Source of the DNA: an uncultured delta proteobacterium
GTDB taxonomy: Bacteria > Desulfobacterota > Binatia > UBA9968
Assembly (NCBI GenBank): GCA_963745035.1
Contig: CAVUVW010000014.1
Location: forward strand, 896,001 to 960,000
Direction of reading: 5' to 3'
Length of the DNA stretch: 64,000 bases
The notes under the pieces were generated by a model, which did not search any database, was not told the origin of the DNA, and saw nothing but the letters and a program-made list of their open reading frames with translations. A program made the position numbers and the translations under genes. The first letter of the stretch is position 1, and each line of letters opens with the position of its first letter. Positions 1 to 11,341 of this stretch are shown piece after piece.

Positions 1-172
1 ATGCGGCGGGATGAGGCTTTGGTTTTCAAGGTCTATGACTCGGCGAACGACGGACGAGCGCGTTTCACGCCGCACACGTCGTTTGAAGATCCCGCAACCC
101 CGGACCACGCTCCGCGCCGGCAGAGCATCGAAGTCCGAGCATTCGCATTTTTTTGACGAGAGCGGTGGCGGG

Positions 173-215
173 AAAAAAACAAGCTACGGGAAGAATGATC
201 ATCTTCCCGTAGCTT
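173..215 (-). terminator. Rho-independent terminator after the peptidoglycan-binding gene
   Basis: Inverted repeat AAGCTACGGGAAGA/TCTTCCCGTAGCTT preceded by an A-run on + (U-tract on -). Confidence 0.75.
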
Positions 216-253
216 GCATTCGACAGCGAATAGACTATCTCAAATCCATTCGG

Positions 254-835
254 TTACTGCACCGGCGCGCGCGGAGTAGGCGACGACGAAGAGCTTCCGC
301 TTTTGCCGCTGCCGCCTTCAGTAGTGCCGCTGCGTTCGCGCTGGGGCAGCGATTTTCCGTCGTCCATCTTGACTCCCAACTTGTTAGCGGTTTTCTCGTC
401 CAGTACGCCGGTCGCGGGAAGATCGTTGGCCTTTTGGAAGTCCCGGAGCGCTTGCTGAGTCTGCGTATCCATCTTGCCGTCCGTCCCCGGATTGTGGCCC
501 TTCGCCTTGAGCGCTTCCTGGGCCTTTTTGATGTCGGCCGACGAGATTACCATATCCCGCTCGGTGCCGGCTCTCGGCTGCTGCATTCTTTCCGGGATCG
601 TTCCCGGCTGGCCGGGAATCGGCTCGGTCTGCGGCAGGCCCGGCGACGGCGCCGGCTGCCCAGGGATAGTCGGCTGCGTGCGAGGTCCCGGCTGTGGTAC
701 CGCCGGCCCCGGCTGGGTTGGTCCTCCCGGCATCGAAGTTCCGCCGGGTGAATTTTGCGCAAAGACCGATTGCGCCCCCAAGCCCATGCTCGCGGATAAC
801 AAAGCCGCTGTCAGAACTTTTCTTTTCTGGTTCAT
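254..835 (-). CDS. Secreted Pro-rich protein with a peptidoglycan-binding (PG_binding_1) domain
   Basis: Signal peptide, PGP/QPG-rich linker, motif AQEALKAKGHNPGTDGKMDTQTQQALRDFQKANDLPATGVLD; RBS GGAGG. Confidence 0.85.
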   Translation of the reverse strand: MNQKRKVLTAALLSASMGLGAQSVFAQNSPGGTSMPGGPTQPGPAVPQPGPRTQPTIPGQPAPSPGLPQTEPIPGQPGTIPERMQQPRAGTERDMVISSADIKKAQEALKAKGHNPGTDGKMDTQTQQALRDFQKANDLPATGVLDEKTANKLGVKMDDGKSLPQRERSGTTEGGSGKSGSSSSSPTPRAPVQ

Positions 836-888
836 GAGTTTCCTCCTTCTTTATTTTGCAAAATCTACACGCCCCTGTTGCCTTTAAC

Positions 889-904
889 CGCAATCGATAT
901 GCCA
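889..904 (-). promoter_or_regulatory. Putative sigma54 (-24/-12) promoter
   Basis: TGGCAT-ATCGA-TTGCG on minus strand with exact GG-N10-GC spacing, upstream of the 835 start. Confidence 0.6.
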
Positions 905-1116
905 GAATGCAAAACCGCGTAGGTCATTGAAAATTGGGAAGTTCGCGAGAGACCGAGAGAGTTTGTCGGGGCAACCCCGGAATGTTGCTGTCGGATTTCT
1001 TCAGACCGAAGTGTCGTCAAATACGGAGGAATTCACCGGCGTGATTTGCAAGAATGCGACAGGCGAAATTTCAGCCTGAAAGACAATCAACAATTCGAAG
1101 GGGAGATCGTCGGAGA

Positions 1117-2277
1117 TCAGATCGCAAAAAGCGCGCGCGCGTTATCGCGAAAGACTTTTTGCCAATCGTTTTTGGAAAGGCTTTCTTTGCTTTCCTCGAG
1201 CACTTTTTGCGAATCAGGCCATGTGCTCGCCGGGTGCGGATAGTCGGAGCCGAACATGATCTTATCTACGTCGAGCACGCTGCCGACCATTTTCACGCCC
1301 AGCGGATCGTCAACGAAGCTGATCCAGATCTGTCGGTGGAAGTATTCGCTCGGCGGCATTTTCGGCAGGCTGACCGGACCATCGCCCGTAAGCCTGCGGC
1401 CGTCGCGGGTGCGCTGGTACCAGATGTCCAGTCCCTGAATCATGCTCGGCACCCAGGCAAGCCCCGCTTCGGCCATCACGATTTTCACTCTCGGATGACG
1501 ATCGAGCATGCCGGAGAAGATAAGACCGGTCATCGGCTCCAAGAGTTGTATGCCCGGCGGCTCTTGCGCGAAGCGCGACGCGGTGGCGACGACAACATTC
1601 GCCGCGCCGCGATTTCCTTCGTCAAGGCGCGTCTTCTTGACGAGCACCGCGAGATGAAATCCGATGGGTATGCCGACTTCTTCCGCGAGCGCCCAGAACG
1701 GCTCCCAGGCTTCATCATAAACCGGCGGATTCGCGCGCGACGCGAGAATGTTGACGTGACGGAGCCCGCCGCGTTTGCTCAGGCGTTCGAGCTCGTCGCG
1801 CGCCGCTTGCGGATCTTCCATCGAGAGCTGCGCTACGCCGATCAATCGTTCCGGCTTGGCGGCGCAGAATTCCGCCAGCCAATCATTGTAGGCCTCATAA
1901 CAGCGCCGCCGCAGCTCCGCATCGATGATCGGCATCGGGTCGGTCGGACCGTACATGATCGACGCATCGGCGCCGTCGCGATCCATGTCGTTCAGACGCA
2001 GATCGGCGGTGGTGGGGCGAAGCTCGCCCGGGCGCATCACGCCGCCGCGCTCGATCGCCCACATGGCCCCGCTGCCTTGCGCCGCCGTGTAGTAGCCATG
2101 CGGGCTGAAGGTCTGTCCCTCCCAGGTCCAGAATTCGCCTTTCTCTGTTTCCACGACTCGCGGCCCGCGCGCGCGCAAGTTTGCGGGCAGACGCTCGATC
2201 CAGAGATCCTTGGGCAGCCAACGCAAATCGATATGATCGTCAGCGGAGACAAAGCGCGTTTGAATACTATTTGCCAT
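1117..2277 (-). CDS. Amidohydrolase_2 family protein
   Basis: SADDH N-terminal motif, YNDWLAEFCA, GFH, MFGSDYPH. Confidence 0.9.
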   Translation of the reverse strand: MANSIQTRFVSADDHIDLRWLPKDLWIERLPANLRARGPRVVETEKGEFWTWEGQTFSPHGYYTAAQGSGAMWAIERGGVMRPGELRPTTADLRLNDMDRDGADASIMYGPTDPMPIIDAELRRRCYEAYNDWLAEFCAAKPERLIGVAQLSMEDPQAARDELERLSKRGGLRHVNILASRANPPVYDEAWEPFWALAEEVGIPIGFHLAVLVKKTRLDEGNRGAANVVVATASRFAQEPPGIQLLEPMTGLIFSGMLDRHPRVKIVMAEAGLAWVPSMIQGLDIWYQRTRDGRRLTGDGPVSLPKMPPSEYFHRQIWISFVDDPLGVKMVGSVLDVDKIMFGSDYPHPASTWPDSQKVLEESKESLSKNDWQKVFRDNARALFAI

Positions 2278-3259
2278 AGACTTTCTCGATATAACCGCTC
2301 GCTTCGATTTCCTTCAATACCGAGTTGTCGATGAAGTCTCTTGCATCGGCGTCCTTGGCCTTGGGTAGATCTTTGGCGAGCACGTCCAGGGTATCTTTGA
2401 TTGCTTGAGTCGAAGGGTAGGGTCTCTTGAGAAAATACGGCCGCAAGTAAGCGTAGCTCTGGCGGAGAACGTCGCGGTCGGAAATGCGCGTGTGTTTGGC
2501 GAGCACGCGCAACGAAAACTCTTCGTCGGTGGTCAAGATCTTCGCGCCCTCGATCATGGCCATGAGAAATTGCTTCGCTTCCAACCGATTCGCCGCCAAC
2601 GCGCTCTTCTTGACGCCGAGGCCGGACGAGACATAGTCCACGCCCAGGGTCGACATGTCGAAGAGCATCTTGAAGCCGGCCTTCTGCGCGACGAACGATG
2701 AGGGCGGCGACAGTGTGCCGGCGTGCACAAGCTTCGCTCGCAGCGCCGCCACCGTTTCCGGCACGCCGCCGACGCCGCGAATCATCACGTCCTTGTCCGG
2801 AACGAGTCCGGCTTGGCTCAGCGCAAGCCGCGTCGCGAAATCGGTGCTGCCGCCGAGGCCGGAGACGCCGACGATTTTGCCTTTCAAGTCTTGGAGCGAA
2901 TTGATTTCCGGCGCGCTGTGCATGGTGAAAAGCAGCTTGTCGCTGAAGTTGGCGATCAAAACCGCGTCGGCGCCCGCCAAACCGGCGGCGGGCACGGTGC
3001 GGCTGGAAACACCCTGAGCGAACTGCACTGAGCCGCCGACGAGCGCTTGAATCGTCCGGGCTCCGGTGACGATGTAGCGCACTTCCATGTTGTGTTTTTT
3101 GAATGCGCCGGCGTCGATGGCGATGAACAACGGTCCTTGCAGCAAGGACACCGCCGGTACGGCGACGTTGATCAGCTTGAGCGGCTCCGCGGAAACTGCC
3201 GGCGTTGCCCACGCAAAGAGAAGAACAGCGATCAGAAAACACAGGCTCGAGCGCTTCAT
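2267..3259 (-). CDS. NMT1/THI5-like ABC substrate-binding protein
   Basis: Signal peptide, DLKGKIVGVSGLGGSTD, typical C-terminal FIDNSVLKEIEASG. Confidence 0.85.
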   Translation of the reverse strand: MKRSSLCFLIAVLLFAWATPAVSAEPLKLINVAVPAVSLLQGPLFIAIDAGAFKKHNMEVRYIVTGARTIQALVGGSVQFAQGVSSRTVPAAGLAGADAVLIANFSDKLLFTMHSAPEINSLQDLKGKIVGVSGLGGSTDFATRLALSQAGLVPDKDVMIRGVGGVPETVAALRAKLVHAGTLSPPSSFVAQKAGFKMLFDMSTLGVDYVSSGLGVKKSALAANRLEAKQFLMAMIEGAKILTTDEEFSLRVLAKHTRISDRDVLRQSYAYLRPYFLKRPYPSTQAIKDTLDVLAKDLPKAKDADARDFIDNSVLKEIEASGYIEKVYGK

Positions 3260-3539
3260 CGGTTGCTCCGCGACTGTTGATCTATGCCCCGATTACTCCA
3301 AGAGCAGGAGAATGTCCAGTTGCACTCGATCAATGACAGATTGTTGACGTTTTGTTTCAGCCGTCTTGCCGAGGCATCGACAAAGGCGTATTTTCACCTC
3401 GCTGCCAGCTTTGTCCGACCCGCATGCCTTTCTTGGGCGAGTTAGTTGTGTCTTTTACATCGGAGGTATTTGTTTAGCTCCTATCCGTCTCATGTGAACG
3501 AATCCTTGCAAACAATCTAACCACCGAAAGGAGATCGAC

Positions 3540-4592
3540 ATGAAAAGGCGAAATCCTTGGGTAGTGTTGGTTCTTTCACTGCTCGTCATCTATTTCGGAG
3601 CTTCACGTGAGGCGGGAGCGCAAAGCGACCCTTTCTATAGAGGAAAAACGATTCGCATCTATGTCGGTTCGACGGCCGGCGGATTTTATGACCGATGGGC
3701 TCGGCTGTTTGCCCGATACATGGGTAAATATATTCCCGGCAATCCCGAGATCATCGCGCAGAACATGCCGGGCGCCGGCTCGGTCATCGCCGCCAATCAC
3801 GTCTTCAACGTGGGCAAGCCCGATGGGCTGAGCCTGGTCATGCCGCTCAACAGCGTCTACGTCGACCAGCTCGCCGGACGGAAAGAAGTGCAGTTCGATC
3901 TCAGAAAGTTTCACTGGATCGGCTCTCCCGCGGTGGAGTCGGTGATTTTTTACATGCGCGCCGACACGCCGTACAAGTCGATTGCGGATATCATCAAGGC
4001 GAAGGAGCCACCCAAATGCGGCGGCACCGGTACCGCGAGCAGCGATTACATTCTGTCGAAGATATTGGAAGAGTTCGTAGGAGCCAAATTCAACAGCGTG
4101 CTCGGCTACGCCGGCGGCACGGAGATCGATATCGCGGTGGAAAAGGGCGAGGTGGTATGCCGCGCGCACAGCACGTCGGCGCATTTCGGCCGCGAACCCT
4201 TCGATACCTGGCACAAGAAGGGCTTTGACCGCCATCTGGTGCAGACTTCACGCAAGCGTGATTCCCGCGCCGCCGACGTACCAACGACCCACGAGATCTT
4301 CGATCAATATAAAGTTTCAGCGAACAACCGCCGCGTCGCCAATATCGTCTTGGCCGCCGGAGATTTCGGCCGCCCGATGATGGCGACTCCCGGCACTCCC
4401 GCAGACCGCGTCAAGATCCTGCGCGATGCTTTTGTCAAAACTTTGAGCGATCCCGAAGCCGTTGCCGAAGCGAAAAAGTCCAGAATGGATATCGATCCGA
4501 CGTCGGGCGAGGAATTGGAATCGCTCGTCAAAGAGATTTTCGACGCTCCACCGGAGGTTGCCGAGCGGGTAAAGAAAATTTTCGCCAACTGA
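3540..4592 (+). CDS. Bug/TctC-family tripartite tricarboxylate transporter substrate-binding protein
   Basis: FYRGKTIRIYVGSTAGGFYD, NMPGAGS, PPGTP-like motif. Confidence 0.9.
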   Translation: MKRRNPWVVLVLSLLVIYFGASREAGAQSDPFYRGKTIRIYVGSTAGGFYDRWARLFARYMGKYIPGNPEIIAQNMPGAGSVIAANHVFNVGKPDGLSLVMPLNSVYVDQLAGRKEVQFDLRKFHWIGSPAVESVIFYMRADTPYKSIADIIKAKEPPKCGGTGTASSDYILSKILEEFVGAKFNSVLGYAGGTEIDIAVEKGEVVCRAHSTSAHFGREPFDTWHKKGFDRHLVQTSRKRDSRAADVPTTHEIFDQYKVSANNRRVANIVLAAGDFGRPMMATPGTPADRVKILRDAFVKTLSDPEAVAEAKKSRMDIDPTSGEELESLVKEIFDAPPEVAERVKKIFAN

Positions 4593-4657
4593 CTACCCGT
4601 TCAGTTTCTTTGCCGAGACGCGCAATCTCGCGCCGCGCTCGACAACTTCGCAATCCG

Positions 4658-5182
4658 TCACCCGCACGTCCACAGCTGCGAGCTTTGCGCCGCGCCTTCG
4701 GGCGCATCCATCGGGATGCGGCTGCGCGCCAACGCCGCGGCGTCGAGCTCGCCGATGCCGGCGAAAGCGTCGGCGACTGCGTGCAGTCCCTGCGCGCTCC
4801 GCTGGTTCTGTGCCGCGATCATCGCTCGCACCAGTGTGGTACGCGTGGCGAAATAGTTATCGCGTGGCCTCTCGAGTTTTTTGAGACCGCAGGCTGCCGC
4901 GAGGATGCCGGTCCAATCGTCGGTCCACGAGGCGATGCGCGCGGTTTGGGAATAGAGACTCCGCGCGGAGTAGATGTCGCCGTTGCCCATTGCGGCTTCC
5001 GCCTCATTCAAGCGGTCTTGCCAGCGCGCGCTTGGCAGTTCTCTCGCTTCCCGCAACGATCCGAGGACGAGGAGTGCCAAGAGGCAGGCCAAGGAAGCGC
5101 TGGCCAATGCGGCCCGGCGGAGGAGTCCGGCGATCGCATAACTTGAGCATGCTCTCCCGGTAGCTGGCTCCAGAGAGTTCAT
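4658..5182 (-). CDS. Hypothetical Ala-rich helical (TPR-like) exported protein, divergent from LysR
   Basis: RBS AGGAG, hydrophobic segment, helical-repeat composition. Confidence 0.55.
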   Translation of the reverse strand: MNSLEPATGRACSSYAIAGLLRRAALASASLACLLALLVLGSLREARELPSARWQDRLNEAEAAMGNGDIYSARSLYSQTARIASWTDDWTGILAAACGLKKLERPRDNYFATRTTLVRAMIAAQNQRSAQGLHAVADAFAGIGELDAAALARSRIPMDAPEGAAQSSQLWTCG

Positions 5183-5354
5183 ATTTCATTCTCCTTTACA
5201 GCGTATTATTCGGCGGCATGGCGGCGCGCTCAAATGGCTTGTTTTCATGGCTGTCATCTCATTTATGAATGAAGCGTCCGTTGCCGCGTTTCCCGCGCTT
5301 GGATAGAATCGCCGCCGGATACGAACCGATCAAATGTGAAAGGCGGAACGCACG

Positions 5355-6230
5355 ATGGATGCGTGGGATTTTCAAGTATTCGCCGCGGTCGCCAAAGAAG
5401 GCGGCATGACCAAAGCCGCCGACGCCCTACATACGGTGCAGTCCAACGTGACCAAGCGCATCCGGCTGCTCGAAGACGAGCTGGGCACGACGTTGTTTCA
5501 TCGCCGCAAAAAAGGAATTTCGCTCACCACGGCGGGCGAGCAGCTTTTGCCCTACGCGGAAAAGATTCATCAGCTTCTCATCGAGGCAAAAGGAGCCGTA
5601 ACCCAATCGTCGGCGCCGAAAGGGCCGCTGCGCATCGGCGCCATCGAAACGACGGTCGCGCTGCGTTTGGCGCCGGTGTTCACGCGTTACGGCAAACTTT
5701 ATCCCGAGGTCGATCTCTCGATCGCCACAGATACCACCGGCGCGTTGATCGCGGAGGTGCTCGACTACAATCTCGAAGGCGCCTTCGTCGCCGGCCCGGT
5801 CACTCATCCGCGGCTGACGAGCACGCCGGTTTTCGAGGAAGAGCTGGTGCTCTATGCTCCGGGCGACGTCAAGGATGTTTTTCAATTCATCCGAGCCAGA
5901 ACACCCAAGGTGCTGGTATTCCGCGGCGGCTGCTCCTATCGCGAGAAGCTCGAGAAACTCTTTTCTCAGTGGGGCATGGCGCAAGTCCGCTTCCTCGAAT
6001 TCAGCTCGCTCGATGGGATCTACGGCTGCGTTTCGGCGGGATTGGGCGTGACGCTCTTCCCCCGTGGGCTGAGCGAGCAGCGCCTGTGGAAGGCGCGCTG
6101 GGGCAAAACGATTTCAGTTCATCGCTTGCCGAAGAAAGACGCCATGGTGCCGACGGTTTTTATCCGGCACACCGATGCCTACGTTTCAGCGGCCATGGCG
6201 CGCTTGATCGAACTCCTGCCGAGCCATTGA
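5355..6230 (+). CDS. LysR-family transcriptional regulator
   Basis: N-terminal HTH (TKAADALHTVQSNVTKRIRLLEDELG) plus substrate-binding domain. Confidence 0.95.
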   Translation: MDAWDFQVFAAVAKEGGMTKAADALHTVQSNVTKRIRLLEDELGTTLFHRRKKGISLTTAGEQLLPYAEKIHQLLIEAKGAVTQSSAPKGPLRIGAIETTVALRLAPVFTRYGKLYPEVDLSIATDTTGALIAEVLDYNLEGAFVAGPVTHPRLTSTPVFEEELVLYAPGDVKDVFQFIRARTPKVLVFRGGCSYREKLEKLFSQWGMAQVRFLEFSSLDGIYGCVSAGLGVTLFPRGLSEQRLWKARWGKTISVHRLPKKDAMVPTVFIRHTDAYVSAAMARLIELLPSH

Positions 6231-6297
6231 AACTAACGGCGCGCGAAGTTAACGCGTGTCGTGCCGGACTTGGCATCGGGGGTAGTTCGACAGCTTT

Positions 6298-7071
6298 TTA
6301 CGCGGTGTACGGCGGAATCTGCCGGTGAAACATGGCAAAAATATTTTCCCAATCTCGCGCCGTGCCGTGCTTGTCGTAGACATCGCGGTCCGGCAGCGAG
6401 TAGCCGTGCTCCGTGCCCGCGTGCACGTTGTGGCGATAGCGCACGTCGCACGGCTTTAAGAGCTGTCTCCAGCTCCTCACCATAGCAAGCGGCGCGTGCG
6501 AATCGCGCTCGGCAAAGCCGCAGTAGAACTCGCCGCGGAGGTTTTGCGCGAGCAAGTGCGGCGAGTCGCTTCGGTCGGAAATCAGCGTCGTTCCGTGTAA
6601 CGAGGCCGATGCGATGATGCGATCGGGATAGGTGCCGGCTGCGCCCATGACATAGCGCCCGCCCATGCAAAAGCCGACCGCGCCGACCCCGCCAGGGCGC
6701 ACGTCATTGTTATCGGCGAGAAAATTCAAAACGGCGCCCGTGTCGTCGAGCACCATCTTGTTCGTGAGTTTCGGTCGCGTTTCAATTTCTTTCGCCGCCT
6801 CCCCTTGGAGCCGGTTCATGGAAATGGTTTGATTGTCCGGATTTCTGAAGTTGTAGTGAATTCTCTTACCGGCGCGATAGTAAAGATCCGGAACCAAGCA
6901 GTAGTAGCCGACCGTGCCGACACGGCGGGCGATATCGTAGAGCTCTTCGCGCACACCCCAGATATCCATATAGATGATGACTGCCGGAAATGGGTCGCCT
7001 TCTTCCGGCCGTGTGACGAACGCCTCCATAACGCCTTCGGCGGTCTTGATCTCCACGAATTGTTCTCGCAT
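6298..7071 (-). CDS. Dienelactone hydrolase family protein
   Basis: VPDLYYR, GFCMGG nucleophile motif, HGY. Confidence 0.9.
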   Translation of the reverse strand: MREQFVEIKTAEGVMEAFVTRPEEGDPFPAVIIYMDIWGVREELYDIARRVGTVGYYCLVPDLYYRAGKRIHYNFRNPDNQTISMNRLQGEAAKEIETRPKLTNKMVLDDTGAVLNFLADNNDVRPGGVGAVGFCMGGRYVMGAAGTYPDRIIASASLHGTTLISDRSDSPHLLAQNLRGEFYCGFAERDSHAPLAMVRSWRQLLKPCDVRYRHNVHAGTEHGYSLPDRDVYDKHGTARDWENIFAMFHRQIPPYTA

Positions 7072-7145
7072 CTGTACCTCACTAAGACGCAGGGTCCAAT
7101 TCCCTGCCGCTTGTTTCGCGTTAAGCGGATCTTATTTCCGCGGTT

Positions 7146-7177
7146 GTCATTCCCGCACGTATTAAGCGGGAATCCAG
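7146..7177. repeat. REP-like palindromic element (half unit)
   Basis: GTCATTCCCGC-acgtattaa-GCGGGAATCCAG. Confidence 0.5.
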
Positions 7178-7338
7178 GCGAAATCAAATTGCATCTGCGC
7201 ATCCATCATACCGAGATCTGTGATTGACTCCGTCAAAGCTTTTCAGATAACTTTCCGAACGACGTACCGAGAAACCTCAAAGCATCGTCAGCCGCCCTAA
7301 TTTCTAATTCAAGTCATCAAGACAAGGAGGACAAAGCC

Positions 7339-7731
7339 ATGGCAAAGACAACGATGAATCCGGACGGGCTGCCGACGCCGCGCGGCAGCTACTCCCTGGT
7401 CAATATCGCTCAGCCCGGCCGGATGGTTTTTATCGCCGGGCAAACCGCTTCGGATCCCCAGGGCAATGTGGTAGGTGTCGCCGACGTGCGAGCGCAAACG
7501 CGCTACATCCTGGAAAAAATCAAACGAGCCGTCGAGGCCGCGGGCGGCACAATCAACGATGTGGTTGCGCTGAGCGTATTCACGACCGATGTGCGCTATC
7601 ACCGCGACATCAACGAAGTGAGACGCGAGTTTCTGGAAGCCAACTTCCCCACGAGCACGATGGTGCAGGTGGTCGCCCTCGCGCGGCCGGAGTTGTTGCT
7701 CGAAATCAATGCGACGGCCGTTATCCCTTAG
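7339..7731 (+). CDS. RidA/YjgF family protein
   Basis: YS, FIAGQTA, PTSTMVQVVALARPELLLEINATA. Confidence 0.9.
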   Translation: MAKTTMNPDGLPTPRGSYSLVNIAQPGRMVFIAGQTASDPQGNVVGVADVRAQTRYILEKIKRAVEAAGGTINDVVALSVFTTDVRYHRDINEVRREFLEANFPTSTMVQVVALARPELLLEINATAVIP

Positions 7732-7798
7732 ATGGCAGGAGTCTTGCGGCTCCTTGGCGCAGGCAAATGTTTCGCAGCTTCCGAGAAAGGAAAATGGC

Positions 7799-8773
7799 AT
7801 GAAAGCAACGCTTGTTGCTCTCTTGGCGATGCTCCTTCACACAGCAAACGTCGAAGCTGCCGACAAGATGACCGTTGCCTATGCAACCCTAGGTCCGGCA
7901 TTGAGTCCGGGCTGGGTGACTTCGGAAAAGCGCATCTGGCAAAAGCATGGGCTGGACGTTGATCTGGTCTATCTCGGCGGCGGGGCGCGCTCCGTTCCGG
8001 CGCTTTTATCGAACAGCATTCAACTCTTTTTCGGCTCTGACACGGCAGCTTATGTCGCTGCCATTCAAGGCGCTAAGGTCGTGAAGCTCGGCGTTACCAT
8101 GAATACGCTTGGCTACTTTCTGATGACGGCGCCGGAGATTCGGTCGATCGCCGATCTCAAAGGAAAGGTATTGGGCATCGGGCTCGGACGCGATCTGCCT
8201 TACGCCCACTTGACGAAAATTCTTCGAGACAACGGCATCGATCCCAAGACGGATGTGAAAATTCTACCGCTTGGCGGCGGTCCCGGCGGATACATCGCGG
8301 CGCTAAAAGCTGGACGAATACAAGCATCGCTCATCATACCGCCGAATCACCTGGTCGCGGAAAAGGCCGGCCTGAAAGCGCTCACGAAAATCGATGTGCC
8401 GACCCTCGCCGGCGGGCTGAACACCACCCAGCCGTTGCTGGAAAAAAACCGGGACATGTTCCTGCGGTTTGTCAAAGGTTACCTCGAAGGCATTCATTTC
8501 ATGATCCGCAACAAGGAAGACAGCCTCAAGGTGTTCGCTAAGTACCTGCAAAATTCCGATCCCGCCGTGAACAACTATCTCTACGACGACATTACCGGCA
8601 GGATCGAAAAAGATCTGCGGCCGAGCAGCGAGGCGATTCGCTATATGCTCGATCTCATCGTGCTCGATCATCCGCAAGCGCAGCGCGTCACCGACAAAGA
8701 CTACTGGGATCTAAGCCTGCTCGACGACATCCGCCGCTCGGGGTTTATCGCTCAACTGCAAAAGGGCCACTAA
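7799..8773 (+). CDS. NMT1/THI5-like ABC substrate-binding protein
   Basis: Signal peptide, KHGLDVDLVYL, DLKGKVLGI. Confidence 0.85.
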   Translation: MKATLVALLAMLLHTANVEAADKMTVAYATLGPALSPGWVTSEKRIWQKHGLDVDLVYLGGGARSVPALLSNSIQLFFGSDTAAYVAAIQGAKVVKLGVTMNTLGYFLMTAPEIRSIADLKGKVLGIGLGRDLPYAHLTKILRDNGIDPKTDVKILPLGGGPGGYIAALKAGRIQASLIIPPNHLVAEKAGLKALTKIDVPTLAGGLNTTQPLLEKNRDMFLRFVKGYLEGIHFMIRNKEDSLKVFAKYLQNSDPAVNNYLYDDITGRIEKDLRPSSEAIRYMLDLIVLDHPQAQRVTDKDYWDLSLLDDIRRSGFIAQLQKGH

Positions 8774-8865
8774 GAGATGGGCCGCGAAGCCGATGTGCGA
8801 TGGCACACGTTCTTGAGACCCGCTGGCTTTTTCTTCGCGGCGTCGCCGATACTTGAGGAGGAAGA

Positions 8866-11034
8866 ATGAGACCTGCAAATGCGTTGTGCTTGGGTGTCGC
8901 CATTATCACGGTTGCCGTGCTTCTGGTGATGTCGTCGAATCGTCTCGGCAGCCAACAGAGGATGCCCGTGCGGATCGACAGCGATGACATCGGCGGCGTG
9001 GTGACGGGCGCCAACGGACCGGAAGCCGGAGCATGGGTGATCGCTGAGACGACCGATCTGCCGACCAAGTACGTCAAGATCGTCGTCACCGACGACCAGG
9101 GGCGCTACGTCATTACCCGATCTGCCGAAGGCGAGTTACGCGGTTTGGGTGCGTGGCTACGGCCTGGTCGATTCGCCCAAAGTGAAAAGCACGCCGGGAA
9201 AAAATCTCGACCTCAAAGCAGTCGCGGCGCCGAATGAAGCTGCGGCGGCGGAATACTATCCGGCGATTTACTGGTACTCGATGCTCAAAATCCCCGATAA
9301 GAGCCTGTTTCCCGGAACCGGCGCGAAGGGCAACGGCATGGCGGAAAAACTGGGACATCAGGGCGAATGGCTGGACGTCGTCAAAACCAACGGCTGTATG
9401 TCATGCCACCAGCTCGGCAACAAAGCGACGCGAACGATGCCCAAAGAGTTCGGCGATCTAAAATCTTCCACCGACGCTTGGCAGCGGCGCATTCTTTCCG
9501 GCCAGGCGATGACTTCCATGGTCAATGCTGCCGCTAGGATCGATTCTACTCGAGCTATGGAACTGTTTGCCGACTGGACCGATCGGGTCGCTGCCGGCGA
9601 GTTGCCCAAATCAAAGCCATCGAGGCCGCAAGGTGTCGAGCGCAATATCGTCGTCACCGTGTGGGATTGGAGCAACGCCAAAGCGTATCTCCACGATGAA
9701 ATCGCCACCGACAAGCGCAAGCCGACGATCAACGCCAATGGGCCGATCTACGGCGCGACCGAGTTGAGCACGGATCTCGTGCCCGTGCTCGATCCCGTGC
9801 GCCATCGAGCGTGGGAAATCAAACATCCGGTGCGTGATCCGAATACCCCGTCGGCGCGAACCGACGCGCTCACGCCGTCGCCTTATCTGGGGCGCCGAGC
9901 CGATCTGGGACAGCCAATCCAATCAGCACAATCCCATGCTCGATGAAAAGGCGCGCGTGTGGTTTACCGCGCGGGTCCGGTCTCCGGACAATCCGGCGTT
10001 CTGCAAAAAAGGCTCGGATCATCCCTCCGCCAAAGTGTTTCCGCTCGAGCGCGCGAACCGCCATGTATCGATGTACGATCCAAAAGCCAAGAAGTTCACG
10101 CTGATCAGCACCTGCTTTTCGACGCATCATCTGGTCTTCGCCGAAGACGCCAACAACACCTTGTGGCTCAGCAGCGGCGGCGCGGCAAGCAACGTGGTCG
10201 GTTGGATCAATCGGAAGATGTTCGAGGAGACAGGCGACGAAGTGAAGTCGCAAGGCTGGACGCCGTTCATCCTCGACACCAACGGCAACGGCAAACGCGA
10301 TGAATGGGTCGAACCGAAGGAACCGGTCGATCCGGCAAAGGACAAGCGTATCGTCGCGGGCCTCTACGGCATCGCCGTGAGCCCGGTCGACGGTTCGATC
10401 TGGGGATCGATGTTGGGATTTCCCAGCAGCATCGTGCGGGTCGTACCCGGCCCTAATCCAAGCGAGACCGCGTTGTCCGAGGTCTACGAAGTCCCGCTTG
10501 AGATGGGTGGATTCGGCATTCGCGGCAACGACATCGATCGCAACGGCGTCGTCTGGTCGTCGCTTTCGAGCGGCCATCTGGCAAGCTTCGACCGGCGCAA
10601 ATGCAAAGCGACCGCTTAACGGGCCCAAGGCCACGGGCAAGCACTGCCCCGAAGGCTGGACGCTTTACCAGTTCCCGGGACCGCAGTTTGAAAATCTTTC
10701 CGAGCCCGGCAGCGTCGAGTCGAGCTACTATACCTGGGTCGATCAGTTCGACACTTTCGGCTTGGGCAAGGACGTTCCGATCGCCACCGGCAATTTGAAC
10801 GATTCCTTGCTCGCGTTGGTCGATGGAAAGTTCGTCAACCTCCGCGTGCCGTATCCTCTCGGGTTTTACGCCAAGTGGCTGGATGGCCGCATCGACAATC
10901 CCAAAACGGGCTGGAAGGGCAAGGGCCTGTGGTCGACCACCGGCACGCGCACGCCGTTTCACATGGAAGGCGGCAAGGGCACGAAACCCAAAGTAGTGAA
11001 GTTCCAGCTGCGGCCCGATCCGTTGGCGAAGTGA
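8866..11034 (+). CDS. Secreted carboxypeptidase-regulatory-like domain / monoheme c (CMSCH) / beta-propeller protein, paralog 1; three frameshifts near 9115, 9887 and 10608
   Basis: ORF pieces 8866-9237, 9149-9946, 9834-10619 and 10498-11034 align colinearly with the intact paralog at 11342-13510. Confidence 0.85.
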
Positions 11035-11341
11035 TGGGAACGCAGACAGTGTGGTCGAAGCACTAGTCGTGGTAAAAACCGACGACTAAACTTTTTGAAA
11101 ACGAATGTCGAAATCCGGCGTGGGGCGAAGTTATTATGTTCTGCCTACTCGCTTCGAACTTCGCCAATTCAGTCAGTGACATGATGGCAAACTACCCGCC
11201 CATCGATCACTGGGATATCGCAGTATGAAATTTATCGAATGACGATGCCACTGGATCATCGTTGAGTGCTCGGCTCCGCTGTTTGCAGCACTGCCGGTAT
11301 TCAGTAGTTCCTGTGGTGAGCTAGCGAGGAAGCAGCGTGTC

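Noticed and set aside
1054-2334. Long antisense and alternate-frame ORFs (e.g. 1054-2334, 2037-3242, 56322-57467, 58429-59421)
   Set aside because: Shadow ORFs of well-supported genes in high-GC DNA, with no motifs.
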